Shown piece after piece: positions 61,183 to 64,000 of a stretch of 64,000 nt of DNA. Position numbers and translations under genes: made by a program. Location: NCBI RefSeq assembly GCF_009914755.1, contig NC_060929.1. The stretch is one strand, 5' to 3'. Source of the DNA: the human T2T-CHM13v2.0 reference genome, Homo sapiens. The notes beneath the pieces are model-generated. The model saw only the letters and a program-made list of their open reading frames with translations, ran no database searches and was not told the origin of the DNA. Position 1 is the stretch's first letter. Each line of letters opens with the position of its first letter.

Positions 61183-61620
61183 TTTAAATGACTTTATTAA
61201 GGTATAATTGACATAGAAAAAGCTGTATATATAATATGTGTACAACTTGATAAGTTTGGAGATAAATATATGCCCATGAAACCATGATCACAATCTGTGC
61301 CATAACCTATCCATCATTTTCAGAAGTTTCCTTCCACTTTCTTAGTTTTTATCATTGTTGTGATAAAAACACTTAACATAAAGTATACCTTCTTTAACAA
61401 TTTTATGTATAAAATACCATATTGTTGGCTGGGCACAGTGGCTCACACCTGTAATCTCAGCACTTTGGGAGTCCAAGGTGGGAGGATAGCTTGAATCCAG
61501 GAGTTTGAGACCAGCCTGGACAATATAGCAAGACTCCATCTCTATTTATAATATATTAAATATGTAAAAAAATAAGAATGCAGTATTGTTAACTATGCTG
61601 TACTGTAGATCTCTATGACC
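61183..61620 (-). mobile_element. L1MA/MB 3' end with inserted FLAM (61427-61550, +)
   Basis: TTTTATTAAGGTATAATTGACA..AAAACACTTAACATA; Alu monomer inside. Confidence 0.75.
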
Positions 61621-61847
61621 AAGCTCACCTACAAATAACCCTTTTTTTAAATAATGTAACAAAATAATCCTAATTCCTTCCTCTCATCCCTTGTATCATT
61701 GCTTCACTTATTTTAGTTATATATACACATACATATGCATATATGCACACAGAAGATATACATAAGCATACAGAATCACATGCATTGTTGCTGTTATTAT
61801 TATTTTGAACAGGTATCTGTTAGATCAATTAAAGGTAAGAAAAATAA

Positions 61848-62252
<405 letters not shown>

Positions 62253-62923
62253 TAACATTTCTTGCAAGGCACGTTTACCGGGAACAAATTCCCTCAACAA
62301 ATTCCCGTTTTGTACGAGAAATTTTGTTTTGTTTGGTTTTTTCACTTTTGAAGGACAGTTTTGCAGGGTGCAGAATTCTAGGTTGAGTTTTTTGTTTGCT
62401 TGTTTGTTTTTCTTTATGCTTTAAACATTTTACTCCACTCTCTTCTTGCACATCTGTTTTCTGAGCTGTCAGATGTAATTCTTTGCTTCCCCATAGGTCA
62501 GGGGATTTTTTTCCTCTGGCTTCTTTCAACCTTTACCTTGATTTAAGAATAATATACCTAGTGTCATTCTTCGGTTTTGTTTTTTGTTTTATCCTTTTGT
62601 GGGTATTTTTTGAACATTTATCTTGCTTGGTATTCTATGAGCTTCCTAGATTTGTGATTTGGTGTCTGACACTAATTTGGGGAAATTCTCAGTCATTATT
62701 GTTCCAAACATTCCTTCTATTGCTTTCTTCCCTTCTCTCTTCTGGTATTTCCTTCTCTCTTCTGGCAAATCCTCCTGGTACTTCCATTATGCATATGTCG
62801 CAACTTCTGTAGCAGTTCCATAGTTCTAGAATATTCTGTTCTGTTTCTTCTTAGTCTTTGTTCTTTCTGCTTTTCAGGAGGTTTCCATTGAAACATCCTT
62901 AAGCTCAGAGATTCTTTCCTTAG

Positions 62924-63269
<346 letters not shown>

Positions 63270-63340
63270 ATTACAGTTCTTTTTATCTCTAGTATTTATT
63301 GTTGGTTCTTTCTTCGGATTTACCTCTTTGCTTACATTGA

Positions 63341-63490
63341 TGATATAGTTCAAATGTTGGTAGCTGCCAAAATTCATCTATTGTTACTTAGTACTCAGTG
63401 TGATAGTATTAAGAGCCTTTTGGCAAGTAACTAAGTAATGAGGACTGCACCCTCATGAGTAGATTAGTGCCCTTATAAAAGAGGCTAGAG
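63341..63490 (+). mobile_element. MST/MLT1A LTR 5' fragment
   Basis: CCCTCATGAGTAGATTAGTGCCCTTATAAAAGAGGC. Confidence 0.7.
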
Positions 63491-64000
63491 GAACCTAGCA
63501 AGACAGGCCAACATTCAAATTCAGGAAATACAGAGAACACCACAAAGATACTCCTTGAGAAGACCAACCCCAAGACACATAATTGTCAGATTCACCAAGT
63601 TTGAAATGAAGGAAAAAATGGTAAGGCAGCCAGAGAGAAAGGTTGGGTTACCCACAAAGGGAAGCCCATCAGACTAACAGCAGATCTCTCCACAGAAACT
63701 CTACAAGCCAGAAGAGACTGGGGGCCAAGAGACAATGTTCTTAAAGAAAAGAATTTTCAATCCAGAATTTCATATCCAGCCAAACTAAGCCTCATAAGTG
63801 AAGGAGAAATAAAATGCTTTACAGACAAGCAAATGCTGAAAGACTTTGTCACCACCAGGCCTGCATTACAAGAGCTCCTGAAGGAAGCACTAAACATGGA
63901 AAGGAACAACTGGTACCAGCCACTGCAAAAACATGCCAAGTTGTAAAGACCATGGATGCTAGGAAGAAACTGCATCAACTAACGAGCAAAATAACCAGCT
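63491..64000 (+). mobile_element. L1PA (mid-age) ORF1 3' half plus inter-ORF spacer; continues beyond window
   Basis: AACCTAGCAAGACAGGCCAACATTCAAATTCAGGAAATACAGAGAAC..CATGCCAAGTTGTAAAGACC; frameshifted. Confidence 0.93.

Overview
Primate (almost certainly human-type) non-coding genomic DNA, intergenic or deep intronic, AT-rich and dominated by interspersed repeats. It holds about 28 Alu/FLAM/FRAM copies, L1 fragments of several ages, L2/MIR/CR1 relics, MaLR LTRs, a two-LTR MLT1 provirus, a solo LTR12C (ERV9), a solo MER9 (ERVK) and several hAT/Tigger DNA-transposon fossils. No host protein-coding gene is recognisable. The only long ORF (623 aa, 10249-12120, minus) is the C-terminal half of L1 ORF2p in a 5'-truncated L1PA2-type copy, and its ATG was created by the insertion junction. 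I did not find a convincing new biological system. The most interesting signals are structural: a 354/359-bp, ~96% identical inverted duplication (45766-47225); two further locally templated copies inserted into old repeats; two composite retro-insertions sharing single TSDs; and a few well-formed candidate micro-exons. Subfamily names come from recalled consensus sequences, not from a RepeatMasker run. Boundaries of old elements are approximate.
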